This document shows, piece by piece, positions 10,635-19,455 of a stretch of 64,000 nucleotides of DNA (its first letter is position 1; every line of letters begins with the position of its first letter). The notes beneath the pieces are model-generated. The model worked only from the letters and a program-made list of their open reading frames with translations, was not told the DNA's origin and did no database searches. Origin of the DNA: Promethearchaeota archaeon (GTDB lineage Archaea > Asgardarchaeota > Lokiarchaeia > Sigyniarchaeales > SOKP01); the NCBI GenBank assembly GCA_029838195.1, contig JALGVJ010000012.1, positions 47,732 through 111,731 on the forward strand, given 5' to 3'. The position numbers and the translations under genes are program-made.

Positions 10635-11234
10635 ATGAAAAAAATCATTTTAGCATCAAAATCAATCGATAGAAGCGAACTTCTAAAGCAAGCGGGAATC
10701 TCCTTTGAAATATTGGTTACTAATGTCAATGAAGAAGAATTTAAACGTAAGATCCCGGATCCCGTAAGTCTCGTGGAAGAATTGGCAAAACAAAAGGCTT
10801 TGGCCGCTAAAAATAAACTAATTTCAAGAAAAAACGAGTATATTATTATTGGATTCGATACCGTTGTTGAGCATCAGAGAGACATCATTGGAAAGGCTAA
10901 GAATGAAAAAGAAGCATTTAATATTCTAAAAAAATTACAAGGCACCACCCATTCATTAATTACCGGCATTGCAATTAGCGAAGTTCCCTCTCCTAAAATT
11001 ATCGTCGATCACGATATTACTCGAGTCAAGTTTTTACCGCTCTCAAATGAAGATATTTGGGCTTATATAAAATCAGGCGAATGGAGAGGGAGAGCTGGCG
11101 CATATTCAATTAGACAAAAAGCAGGCTTGTTCATCGATTATATTGAAGGTTCTTCGTCAAATGTAATGGGATTGCCTCTTAATAAATTATTTTTAATTTT
11201 AAAAAGAGAATTTAATCTAAATTTACTTCTTTAA
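10635..11234 (+). CDS. maf: Maf-family nucleotide pyrophosphatase
   Basis: IILASKS, DTVV, AGAYSI, GSSSNVMGLP. Confidence 0.9.
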   Translation: MKKIILASKSIDRSELLKQAGISFEILVTNVNEEEFKRKIPDPVSLVEELAKQKALAAKNKLISRKNEYIIIGFDTVVEHQRDIIGKAKNEKEAFNILKKLQGTTHSLITGIAISEVPSPKIIVDHDITRVKFLPLSNEDIWAYIKSGEWRGRAGAYSIRQKAGLFIDYIEGSSSNVMGLPLNKLFLILKREFNLNLLL

Positions 11235-11277
11235 ATTTAATAAAAGGAATAATTTTAGGATTTATGGAACAGTATCC

Positions 11278-11841
11278 ATGTTAAAAATATGCGTGGGGTC
11301 TTTAAATCCCTTGAAATATGAGGCAGTAAAAGATGGTTTTGCGAAATACTTCTCATCTTTTACCGTGAGTAAGATTAAAGCAGATCCGAAAGTTCGAGCC
11401 CAACCAATAGGAATTGAATTAATTTTGAAAGGAGCAATCAATCGAGCTAAAGAGGCTTTAAAATATTTAATGCAAGAAACAAAACAAACACGCGACATTT
11501 TTGGCGTGGGAATTGAAGCGGGCTTAGTTAAAATACCCCCTGCGATTACGGGCTACATGGATTTTCAATTCTGCGTTATCATGGATGAACATGAGAAAAT
11601 AACTATTGGAAGCGGAATCGGCTTTGAATATCCTCCACGGGTAATTAAAAAAGTATTATCGGACAAAACCACCGAAATAGGGGAAATCATGGGAAATTTA
11701 TTCGGAAATAAAAACTTGAAATATAAACAAGGTGCCATCGGAGTTCTTAGCATGCATGTTCTAAATAGAAAAACAATTTTAACTCAAGCTGTCATTTGTG
11801 CTTTATTACCCCGCATTAATAAGACATTATATAGTGAATAG
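11278..11841 (+). CDS. yjjX: Inosine/xanthosine triphosphatase
   Basis: VGSLNPLK, QP, GAINRA, VGIEAG, GAIGVLS. Confidence 0.9.
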   Translation: MLKICVGSLNPLKYEAVKDGFAKYFSSFTVSKIKADPKVRAQPIGIELILKGAINRAKEALKYLMQETKQTRDIFGVGIEAGLVKIPPAITGYMDFQFCVIMDEHEKITIGSGIGFEYPPRVIKKVLSDKTTEIGEIMGNLFGNKNLKYKQGAIGVLSMHVLNRKTILTQAVICALLPRINKTLYSE

Positions 11842-11974
11842 TGAAAACTCTCCCCTAATGATTAGAACTAAAGGCTCCTTTGAACTATTATTAAAAATTA
11901 GATCATCATTTAAATATTAACATTAGTTATAATCTATATTATTTATTGATTAAAAAAATGAAAAGAGGGTACAA

Positions 11975-12289
11975 ATGCCTAAATATAAGCGATATTCCAT
12001 CATGAAAATACTCGCTGTAGTAGGGGGAGTTTTAGCTCTAGTGGAATCTTTCTTGAGTTTTGTGGGGCGCTCCTTTACAATTTTCATCTCTTTAGGAGGC
12101 TCCATTATCGGCCCAATTATTGGAATTATTCTTGGAATAGTCGTTATTTTAGCGTGCGTGAGACCGGAAGATCCCATACCTTTTAATGCCGTACTATTTC
12201 TCATTTTGGGAATTTTAATTATTTTATTCTCGAGCTTAATTGGAGGAATTTTGGTCTTGATTGCCGGAGTTCTCGGGCTAATTAAATGA
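11975..12289 (+). CDS. Small ~4-TM membrane protein, paralog 1
   Basis: Hydrophobic; RPEDPIPFN loop shared with next gene. Confidence 0.75.
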   Translation: MPKYKRYSIMKILAVVGGVLALVESFLSFVGRSFTIFISLGGSIIGPIIGIILGIVVILACVRPEDPIPFNAVLFLILGILIILFSSLIGGILVLIAGVLGLIK

Positions 12290-12464
12290 TCTTAATAGTT
12301 CTATTTTCCATGAATTAAATAACAAACATTTTTTTTACATGTTTTTATATAACTATTAATTTTTTTTTTATCATCTCATCGCATTATTAAAAATAAACTA
12401 AAAAATTATTTGAGATCCAATGGTTATTTTTAATTAACATTTTGAACGAATTAAGGGTGATTAA

Positions 12465-12803
12465 ATGAAAAAGCACTATAAGAATGAAAAATTAATGAAG
12501 TTTCTAACCATCATCGGCGCAATTCTAGGCTTAGTGGGTGTAATATCCATGTTCGCTTCCTTAGCGGGATTAGGTTTTTTTCCTACTCCTGTACCTGTTG
12601 TTGTTAGCATTATCGTATCGGCGATAGTTGGTTTGATAATCGTCATCTTGACGTTTTTGTGTGCATTAAAACCAGATCAACCCCTTCCCTTTAACTGGAT
12701 CGTGTTGTTGGTTCTTGCCATCTTGCTTATCATTTTTGCTAATCTTTGGGGCGGGCTGATTGTTTTAATTGCGGCTATAATCGGGCTAATAGAAGATTTA
12801 TAA
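12465..12803 (+). CDS. Small ~4-TM membrane protein, paralog 2
   Basis: Hydrophobic; KPDQPLPFN loop. Confidence 0.75.
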   Translation: MKKHYKNEKLMKFLTIIGAILGLVGVISMFASLAGLGFFPTPVPVVVSIIVSAIVGLIIVILTFLCALKPDQPLPFNWIVLLVLAILLIIFANLWGGLIVLIAAIIGLIEDL

Positions 12804-13074
12804 TCTAAAATCGAGTAAAGATAAAAAAACTCATTCTTTTTTTTTAATTTTATTTTTCATTTCTCCCTATAATTTTTCCTTTTCTCTTATCATGATCCCT
12901 TTTATTTTCATTTAGTGATGCAATTTTTTTGAAATTCTCATGCGAGATTTTTATTTTTAATGTTTTTTTTTAAATTTTTAATTTGAAGTAAAAATTTGGG
13001 TGATTTATAATAATTTTAGAGTTGACTTTAAGTGCAGATCTAAAAGTATTTACTTGTTAGATTTCCATTTTAAA

Positions 13075-13144
13075 AAATCACTTTAGAGGAGGTGACCCTA
13101 ACCGAAAGATTTATATATGTAAAGTGATTTGTATAAATTAGGGT
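13075..13144 (+). promoter_or_regulatory. hsp20 BRE-TATA promoter flanked by two interleaved inverted repeats
   Basis: CCGAAAGA-TTTATATA (13102-13117); AAATCACTTTA/TAAAGTGATTT and ACCCTAA/TTAGGGT. Confidence 0.6.
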
Positions 13145-13163
13145 TTGTCAATCTATTATTGTC

Positions 13164-13204
13164 ATCCATCCATTAACTTAAAATCAATAAGTTAGGAGGT
13201 GGAT
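13164..13204 (+). promoter_or_regulatory. 5'UTR hairpin occluding the hsp20 Shine-Dalgarno (candidate RNA thermometer)
   Basis: AUCCAUC-CA-UUAACUUA / loop AAAUCAA / UAAGUUAG-GA-GGUGGAU; SD GGAGGUG lies in the 3' arm. Confidence 0.45.
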
Positions 13205-13207
13205 CAT

Positions 13208-13762
13208 ATGTCTGATTCCAAAAAAGTAGATGTTAAGAAAACAGAAAGTAAGGAAGATAAAAAATCGCGTGAAATCACGCTCAGACGAGAAAGCCCATTT
13301 TCCTTGTTTCAAGAAATGGATCGCTTCTTCGATGATGTGAGGAGAAGTTTTTTTGAGGATTGGTGGTGGCCATTTAGTGGACGAGCTTTTCGACCTTTAA
13401 GCCTAGAAATTAGCGAAGATGAACCCATTTTCAGAACTCCCTTGGCAAACATCAGCGAGACAAAAGATTACTTCATAATAAGTGCTGAAATGCCAGGCAT
13501 GGATAAAGGAGATTTAGAAGTTACCATTCACGATGGCATGTTAGAAATCAAGGGCGAGCACAAGGAAGAGAAAAAGGAAGAAGAGAAAGGAGAACTCATC
13601 AGACGCGAATATCGCTCTGCCAGCTATTACCGAGCGTTCAACTTGCCCGAATACATTGATGAGGACAAGATTGATGCTTCCTTGGATAAGGGCGTGCTTA
13701 CCATTAAAGTGCCAAAAATAGAGCCTCCAGAACCCGAGAAAAAGAAAATCGAAGTAAAATGA
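13208..13762 (+). CDS. Hsp20/alpha-crystallin small heat-shock protein
   Basis: AEMPGMDK, LEIKGE, YYRAFNLP, ASLDKGVLTIKVPK, C-terminal IEV; ATG 13208 follows a strong SD. Confidence 0.95.
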   Translation: MSDSKKVDVKKTESKEDKKSREITLRRESPFSLFQEMDRFFDDVRRSFFEDWWWPFSGRAFRPLSLEISEDEPIFRTPLANISETKDYFIISAEMPGMDKGDLEVTIHDGMLEIKGEHKEEKKEEEKGELIRREYRSASYYRAFNLPEYIDEDKIDASLDKGVLTIKVPKIEPPEPEKKKIEVK

Positions 13763-13786
13763 ATTTGCGACCAATTTACTAATGAA

Positions 13787-13811
13787 TTTCTTTTTTTTTT
13801 TAATTTATTTT
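13787..13811 (+). terminator. Oligo-T archaeal terminator of hsp20
   Basis: Long T run about 30 nt after the stop. Confidence 0.5.
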
Positions 13812-14091
13812 GATTTCACATGTTATCTCTTGCTTTTTGCTCCTTATTTTTAGCCTCATAATTCTCATAACGCCTCAATCTTTTTTTTATACAAAAATTT
13901 TATATAAAAGAGAGAAAGAGAGAAATTTCACTTGAAATGAAAGGATAAGAAGGTTTTTTTGATAATTTCATTAGGAATTAGATTTCTATATCTTAATTCC
14001 TTAAATTATTTCCCTAAATCGTGGTAAACTTTAACTTTCATGCCGTGCTTTAAGATTTAGTAGCACGCTTAAAACATGTAATAAAATTTCC

Positions 14092-15333
14092 ATGGAAAAA
14101 TCAGTGATGATCTCGAAATGGCCCTTTTGGCCCGTGCTTTTATTAGCCATTATCTATCCTATAAATGGTGCGCTAATAAATCTCGCCATCCCTCTTTATT
14201 TCTTTAACCAAGGCGTAGATGTGAGAATTATCGGTTTATTAAGTTCAGGCATGGCAATAACGTATTGCTTTTCCCCCATGGCCGTTAATAAATTTTCAAA
14301 TAAAATAGGTCGCAAGTATAGCATCATATTAGCGTGTGCCGGAGGATTTCTTGCCCAATTGACCTATTACTTCACGCTGCATCCTTTCGTTTTTTTTTTC
14401 TCTCGGGTTTTTGAAGGATTCATCATGGGCTTTTATTGGTCAAGCTTGCAATCGAGCATATCGGACTCAGGGCTTGAAAAAATTGACACGCTCATATCCC
14501 GCTATAATTTCTCTTGGAACTTTGGCATTCTCTCCGGATTCCTGATTGGGTTCATCCTATTATTTTCATTAAATGAACTCCTTTTTATTTTTTATATTAG
14601 CCCCCTCTTCCTTCTTCTAATGATTCTCATCAGTACTTGCTTTTTTAAAGAACCCCCTAAATTTAATTCTGTCAATTCCCTTTCGCTTGCGTCTCATTCT
14701 CCCGCCATTCCATCATCTTTTCAAACTTTAAACTCGAAGAATGAGGAAAATCACCTTTCTCTAAATACGGAGCAATTTCATGTCCCTATTGCCATTCCCA
14801 TCTATTTCATCGTTTTTTTTGCCTTGAGCGCTACAGGAATTAATTTCCTATACCCTTTAAAATCGGAAATCTTAGGTTTCCCCGCTTATACAACTTATCT
14901 ATTGGCTTTTTTGGCACTAATCATGCAAACCACGGTTGCTTTCTTATCCACCAAGGTATCCCTCTCAATACTGATGAAATGGTCGTTGCCTTCCATTTTG
15001 ATCATGTTAATCGTAGAAATCTTGTTTGGCATTACCAGCTCATTTCTAATTTTTATCTTCCTTTTTCTGTTCATCGGCTCCCTCAACGGCTTTTTCTACA
15101 GCATTGCTCTAAAGATATTCATTTTCTTAAACATCTTGAAAAATACCTCCAAGTATTCCGGTATCGCTGAAAGTGCAAATGGAATCTCATTCTTCTTTTC
15201 AACCAACTTTTTAAGCTTGATAGCAGCGATTTCCTTGAATTATAGCTTTTTTTTCTTATCAATGATCCTTGGAATCTTCTTGATCATCCATTTAATCCTC
15301 ATGAAAAAAATAATCATTCCAAAAACATTTTAA
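14092..15333 (+). CDS. MFS transporter
   Basis: About 12 TM; motif A-like FSNKIGRK; SRVFEG. Confidence 0.85.
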   Translation: MEKSVMISKWPFWPVLLLAIIYPINGALINLAIPLYFFNQGVDVRIIGLLSSGMAITYCFSPMAVNKFSNKIGRKYSIILACAGGFLAQLTYYFTLHPFVFFFSRVFEGFIMGFYWSSLQSSISDSGLEKIDTLISRYNFSWNFGILSGFLIGFILLFSLNELLFIFYISPLFLLLMILISTCFFKEPPKFNSVNSLSLASHSPAIPSSFQTLNSKNEENHLSLNTEQFHVPIAIPIYFIVFFALSATGINFLYPLKSEILGFPAYTTYLLAFLALIMQTTVAFLSTKVSLSILMKWSLPSILIMLIVEILFGITSSFLIFIFLFLFIGSLNGFFYSIALKIFIFLNILKNTSKYSGIAESANGISFFFSTNFLSLIAAISLNYSFFFLSMILGIFLIIHLILMKKIIIPKTF

Positions 15334-15335
15334 AT
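15231..15335 (+). repeat. 105-bp direct repeat copy 1 (3' end of MFS gene)
   Basis: Matches 17699-17803 with 4 mismatches and no gaps. Confidence 0.95.
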
Positions 15336-15590
15336 ATTATTCGCTCAAATTAAAAAAAAACAAAAACGCAGCAATCTCATCGAAATTTCATTTCCTTGAA
15401 ACATATATCAGAAAAAACTCAAATTTAAAAAATAATCTAAATAATACTCTTGAAATATATTTAAAAAAATCTTTTAGTGATTTCCGAAAAATTTCTCTCT
15501 TATCAAAGTAATAAAATTACTCCAAACATAATTATTTAAAATAGTGAAAATAAAATTACACTTTTATTATTTAAATCGAAAAAAATTTTA

Positions 15591-16232
15591 CTATTTTTTT
15601 AATTCCCTTAACGTCATTTCAGCATTAGAACGATCCTCACCAGATAATTGTCCTAAATGAAATTTAATCTCGTCTCCATTTAAAAACATAATATCTTCAA
15701 ATGCCAGTCTGCTGAAAAATCTAGTAATTTTATCAATTAATACTTTCAATGCGGGTTCCTTTAGCCGGCAAACATAAAAATATTGAATATTATTTTGAAA
15801 AAATTCATATGGAATTAAAAAAAGGCTTTTAAAATCTAATAATTTTGGTTTTTTAAAAAATTCAATTTGTTCCATCGGAGGAAAATAGTAAAACCTTGTT
15901 TCATCTCTAATGATATTTCTTATTCCCTTTACTCTCTTTTTAATATTATTAACAGAGAGTTTATTTTCAGGAAGATCTGTCAATTCCGCAAATAAAATTG
16001 AATAACCTTGTCGAATATCGCAAGATTGTGACAATATGACGCCATGAGCAAGAATAGGTTTTATTTTAAAATCTCCTTTTTCAGGTATTTCATTAATTTG
16101 AATGTTTTCTAACCAATAATTCTTAATATCATCGAAATTAACTTGATTAGGAGTTATTTTGGGAATATTTTGTAAAACATCTCCTTGTTGAGAAGGCCTT
16201 TCGGTACATTCGTGTCGTAAATCATATGTTAT
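15591..16232 (-). CDS. Hypothetical protein with QQGD...VILSQSCD motifs (TIGR04255-associated); start is ATA or frameshifted
   Basis: Frame stays open 66 codons upstream of the called TTG (16034) to ATA 16232; the ATG at 16225 is out of frame. Confidence 0.65.
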   Translation of the reverse strand: MTYDLRHECTERPSQQGDVLQNIPKITPNQVNFDDIKNYWLENIQINEIPEKGDFKIKPILAHGVILSQSCDIRQGYSILFAELTDLPENKLSVNNIKKRVKGIRNIIRDETRFYYFPPMEQIEFFKKPKLLDFKSLFLIPYEFFQNNIQYFYVCRLKEPALKVLIDKITRFFSRLAFEDIMFLNGDEIKFHLGQLSGEDRSNAEMTLRELKK

Positions 16233-16260
16233 TCAAAAAAAAACGCATGGTTTTTAAAAA

Positions 16261-17556
16261 TTAATCATTTAAAATATTTGCCAATTCCTTTTCAAGTTCT
16301 TTTTGATTGTTTTGTTCTTTTTGAAAAATTAATAAAGTGTCTATTAGATCATCTATAGCAATGAGAACGTCTTCAGAAACATTAGATAATAGCGAATTTT
16401 TATAAGAATTCAAGAATTCAATGGTAATGAAATCTACTGGACATATTTTCCATTGTAAAGCACCATTGATTTTATCGAATGTTGCCGGATAAATTTCTTT
16501 TAAACCTATTATCTGAAAAATGGTGAAAATCTGTTGGAAATTAATAACAGGCTCTTTTCTTGTTGCTTTCCAATATAATAAAAGGCCCTCAATGAATTTA
16601 TCAAAAATTTCAGGTAATAACTCCTTAAGATCATAATAAATTCTCTTCAAATTATCATATAATTGTTTCACTATATTTATTATAGCTTCTATGAAATTTT
16701 TAATCCATGAAGTTAAATTATCACTATTTACTGGATCTATACTATCTTCTATCAATTCATTTTTTTCATTATTTTCAAAATTAATATATGTTTTCATTAA
16801 TTTATGCATTATATTTAAAAATTTATCTTCAATGATATCATAAATATCATCTAATTCATCATTTAAAGTACCTTCATTCTCTATAGAAAAATTTTTTGTT
16901 CTTATATATATATTTTCTAAATTAAAACAAAAATGCCCTTCCTTTTTAGAAGACAGTCCTCTTAACCTAATTATATATTTATCGGATTCTGATGTTAAAA
17001 CTTTTATAGCGCAATAAAAATCATTATAATCAATCTCCCAATTAGAGGGAAATTCTGTGTGTAATTTAAAAAATTTTTTTAATTCGAAACCTTTCGAAGG
17101 AAAATTAAATTCATCAATATATTCCATTCTAATTTGCTCAATTTCCTTAATTTTTAAATTATTATTTAATTTTTTTAAAGTTTCAATTATTTTATTTTTT
17201 ATATCTTTCCAAGATGAATATTCTGTAAAAATGAATATCAGACCATTCGAATAAAAATGAATTTGACGCGTTTTCTCCTCATTTAAAAATTGAATCGGTC
17301 CTATTTGGATTGGAAAATCTATTTTAGTTAATATATCACTTGGATATTCTATTATATTTATATTGGGAGCAATCGGATACTTTTCTTTTATTGCATTTTC
17401 GAATTGAGCCATCATTTCAAAAGATAATTTTTTAGGCTTATTTAATTTAAAGTCAATTCTAAATGATTTTAAAGGTGGATTTTTTATTATTACCATAATA
17501 AATTTGTTTCTAGTTCTTTCTTTCTTTTTTCTACTATTGACATCAAGAGAAGTCAA
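16261..17556 (-). CDS. TIGR04255-family protein with ~190-aa helical C-terminal extension
   Basis: KNPPL, EYSSW, QIRMEYIDEF resemble the family's NPPL/Y..W/RIGLRYIN motifs. Confidence 0.7.
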   Translation of the reverse strand: MTSLDVNSRKKKERTRNKFIMVIIKNPPLKSFRIDFKLNKPKKLSFEMMAQFENAIKEKYPIAPNINIIEYPSDILTKIDFPIQIGPIQFLNEEKTRQIHFYSNGLIFIFTEYSSWKDIKNKIIETLKKLNNNLKIKEIEQIRMEYIDEFNFPSKGFELKKFFKLHTEFPSNWEIDYNDFYCAIKVLTSESDKYIIRLRGLSSKKEGHFCFNLENIYIRTKNFSIENEGTLNDELDDIYDIIEDKFLNIMHKLMKTYINFENNEKNELIEDSIDPVNSDNLTSWIKNFIEAIINIVKQLYDNLKRIYYDLKELLPEIFDKFIEGLLLYWKATRKEPVINFQQIFTIFQIIGLKEIYPATFDKINGALQWKICPVDFITIEFLNSYKNSLLSNVSEDVLIAIDDLIDTLLIFQKEQNNQKELEKELANILND

Positions 17557-17698
17557 TTCATTTTCTTTTTATATTATAGACCTGACTTTCATTAATGATA
17601 TAGATACGAATTTTTCAATTCGTATTGGAAAAAAGCACCATTTGGAGTATCACTTATTTTATCCTTATCATTTCTCTTTTTCTTCTCTTTTTTTTGTG

Positions 17699-17803
17699 TT
17701 CCTTGAATTACAGCTTTTTTTTCTTATCAATGATCCTTGGAATCTTCTTGATCATCCATTTAATCCTCATGAGAAAAATAATCATTCCAAACACATGTTA
17801 AAT
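17699..17803 (+). repeat. 105-bp direct repeat copy 2 (orphan MFS 3' end, ...IIPNTC*)
   Basis: Matches 15231-15335. Confidence 0.95.
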
Positions 17804-18042
17804 TTTAATCTCATTAAAAACAAGAAATTATTTGAAAAATTTCATTAAAATTATATTTTCTTGAATTAAGCAAATAATTGGAATGGTCATGAGAAAATTA
17901 TTAGAATAATGGACTTTATTGCCAACAAATTTAAATTAATTTCCCCTTATCTCTTTTTTTTTTTTAAATCATCATGAAATAATCAAAAATCGTTAAATTT
18001 TGAAAAATCGAAACGCAAGAGATGATTAGGAAGAGAAAAAAG

Positions 18043-18149
18043 CGCCCACAGCGGGATTTGAACCCGCGTCGCAGGAGTGACAGTCCCGATTCAGCCTCCC
18101 TGCCAAATAGCAGAACAAAGAATGCTAGACCGTGCTACACTATGTGGGC
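18043..18149 (-). tRNA. tRNA-Asp(GUC) with 32-nt intron at position 25/26 (18090-18121)
   Basis: Acceptor GCCCACA/TGTGGGC, anticodon arm CGGGA-CTGTCAC-TCCTG, T-arm GCGGG-TTCAAAT-CCCGC; relaxed BHB with helix TAGC/GCTG. Confidence 0.92.
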
Positions 18150-18499
18150 AAGTAAAAAAAATATATTTTAAGTGATGATTAAAATGTACTAAATTATAAA
18201 AATTTTATTCTCTTTCATTACTTGTTAACCGGGAGATAAATAGGTAAGCGAGCGAGAAAAAATCTTTTAGAATATAATGAAGGAAGAATGGCGGGTTCAT
18301 GGACCAATCGAATTTTTTTCGCATGAATTGATATCGGGCACATAGAAGGTAACTAAAACACACGTGAATATGTAAGGAAGAGGAATGCGACTTATGGGAA
18401 CATTTTTATAGGTACATCACGATGTTTTTAATATAATAACAGGTTGAGTTTTTTCATTTTAAGGGTTATATGGTAATTTTAGGAGGATAAGGGCTTTAA

Positions 18500-18937
18500 T
18501 TGCATAGATTAAAGTCATTACTAGATCAGCTGGAGCAAGAGAAAGAGAGGGATCGGTTTAGTTCAATTTTGGATGAAGTGATTAGAAGCTGTGTTCAGAT
18601 TGGGGAGTGGGAGGATGAAATTAAGGAAGAAATGAAATTATTGGATAAAATTTATCAATTTTGCGTTAGAGAAGGAAAAGATATAATATTTAGTTTTTGG
18701 ATAAAGAGAGAGCATAATAAATTGATTTATCAACAAGGAATTAATGAGAAAGCGGATCTTAAGATGATGATGACAAGGGAATCTTTACTGAAAGCATTAA
18801 AGCGAGAAGTTTATTTGGCCGATTATTACATGCGGGGCATGATTGAACTCGAGGGAGATTTTTATGAGATAATAAAATTTAGGAATTTTTTTCAATTTCT
18901 TTTGGAATATTTTTCAAGAAAGCGGAAGGCGAGATAA
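18500..18937 (+). CDS. SCP2 sterol/lipid-binding domain protein
   Basis: ADLKMMMT, YMRGMIELEGD. Confidence 0.75.
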   Translation: MHRLKSLLDQLEQEKERDRFSSILDEVIRSCVQIGEWEDEIKEEMKLLDKIYQFCVREGKDIIFSFWIKREHNKLIYQQGINEKADLKMMMTRESLLKALKREVYLADYYMRGMIELEGDFYEIIKFRNFFQFLLEYFSRKRKAR

Positions 18938-19039
18938 GGATTATCCCTAACTCCAAGAGATAGGATTATTTTTACGGTTAAATGAAAAATTTTATTTGAT
19001 TTCAATTATTATACTATTTAGACTCAATTATATTTGATT

Positions 19040-19144
19040 GGGCCTGTAATCTAGTCTGGATGTAGATTTCCGCATAGAAATTTTGCCAGAAAGGGTGCCC
19101 GGCTTCGGACTGGGATGTCGCAGGTTCGAATCCTGCCAGGCCCG
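19040..19144 (+). tRNA. tRNA-Arg(UCG) with 30-nt D-loop intron at 20a/21 (19062-19091)
   Basis: Acceptor GGGCCTG/CAGGCCC, CCCGG-CTTCGGA-CTGGG, GCAGG-TTCGAAT-CCTGC; BHB helix CTGG/CCAG with bulges ATG and AAA. Confidence 0.93.
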
Positions 19145-19455
19145 TTGATTTTCTTTTTCTTATTTTTATTTTTAATGATTTTTTCAATAATTTGGAATTA
19201 ATCATTCTTATCAGAAAACTGAATAAAATTAATGCACCGTAAGATAATAGGATTGAATTTCAGAATGTAAATTCTGATTCTTTTAATTTTTGAATAAGTT
19301 ATTTTTCGAATTCATTAATAATTTTTTCCTCTTATATGGAATGAGGCATTAAGATTAATATTTTTTCAAAACGACATTTAAATAGAAAATCTTAAATATT
19401 TTAAATATTAAATATTAAAAATTTAAATTAATCCTTTGAATAAAGTTTAACAAGC

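Larger units (their letters stand above)
15336..17698. mobile_element. ~2.4-kb very AT-rich cassette bounded by direct repeats, no integrase
   Basis: Flanking 105-bp repeats; two co-oriented accessory genes; about 240 bp from the tRNA-Asp 3' end. Confidence 0.65.

Noticed and set aside
17504-17848. 114-aa plus-strand ORF
   Set aside because: Low-complexity frame crossing the direct repeat out of frame
19014-19205. 63-aa minus-strand ORF
   Set aside because: Antisense to tRNA-Arg (GFEPAT is the typical tRNA shadow)
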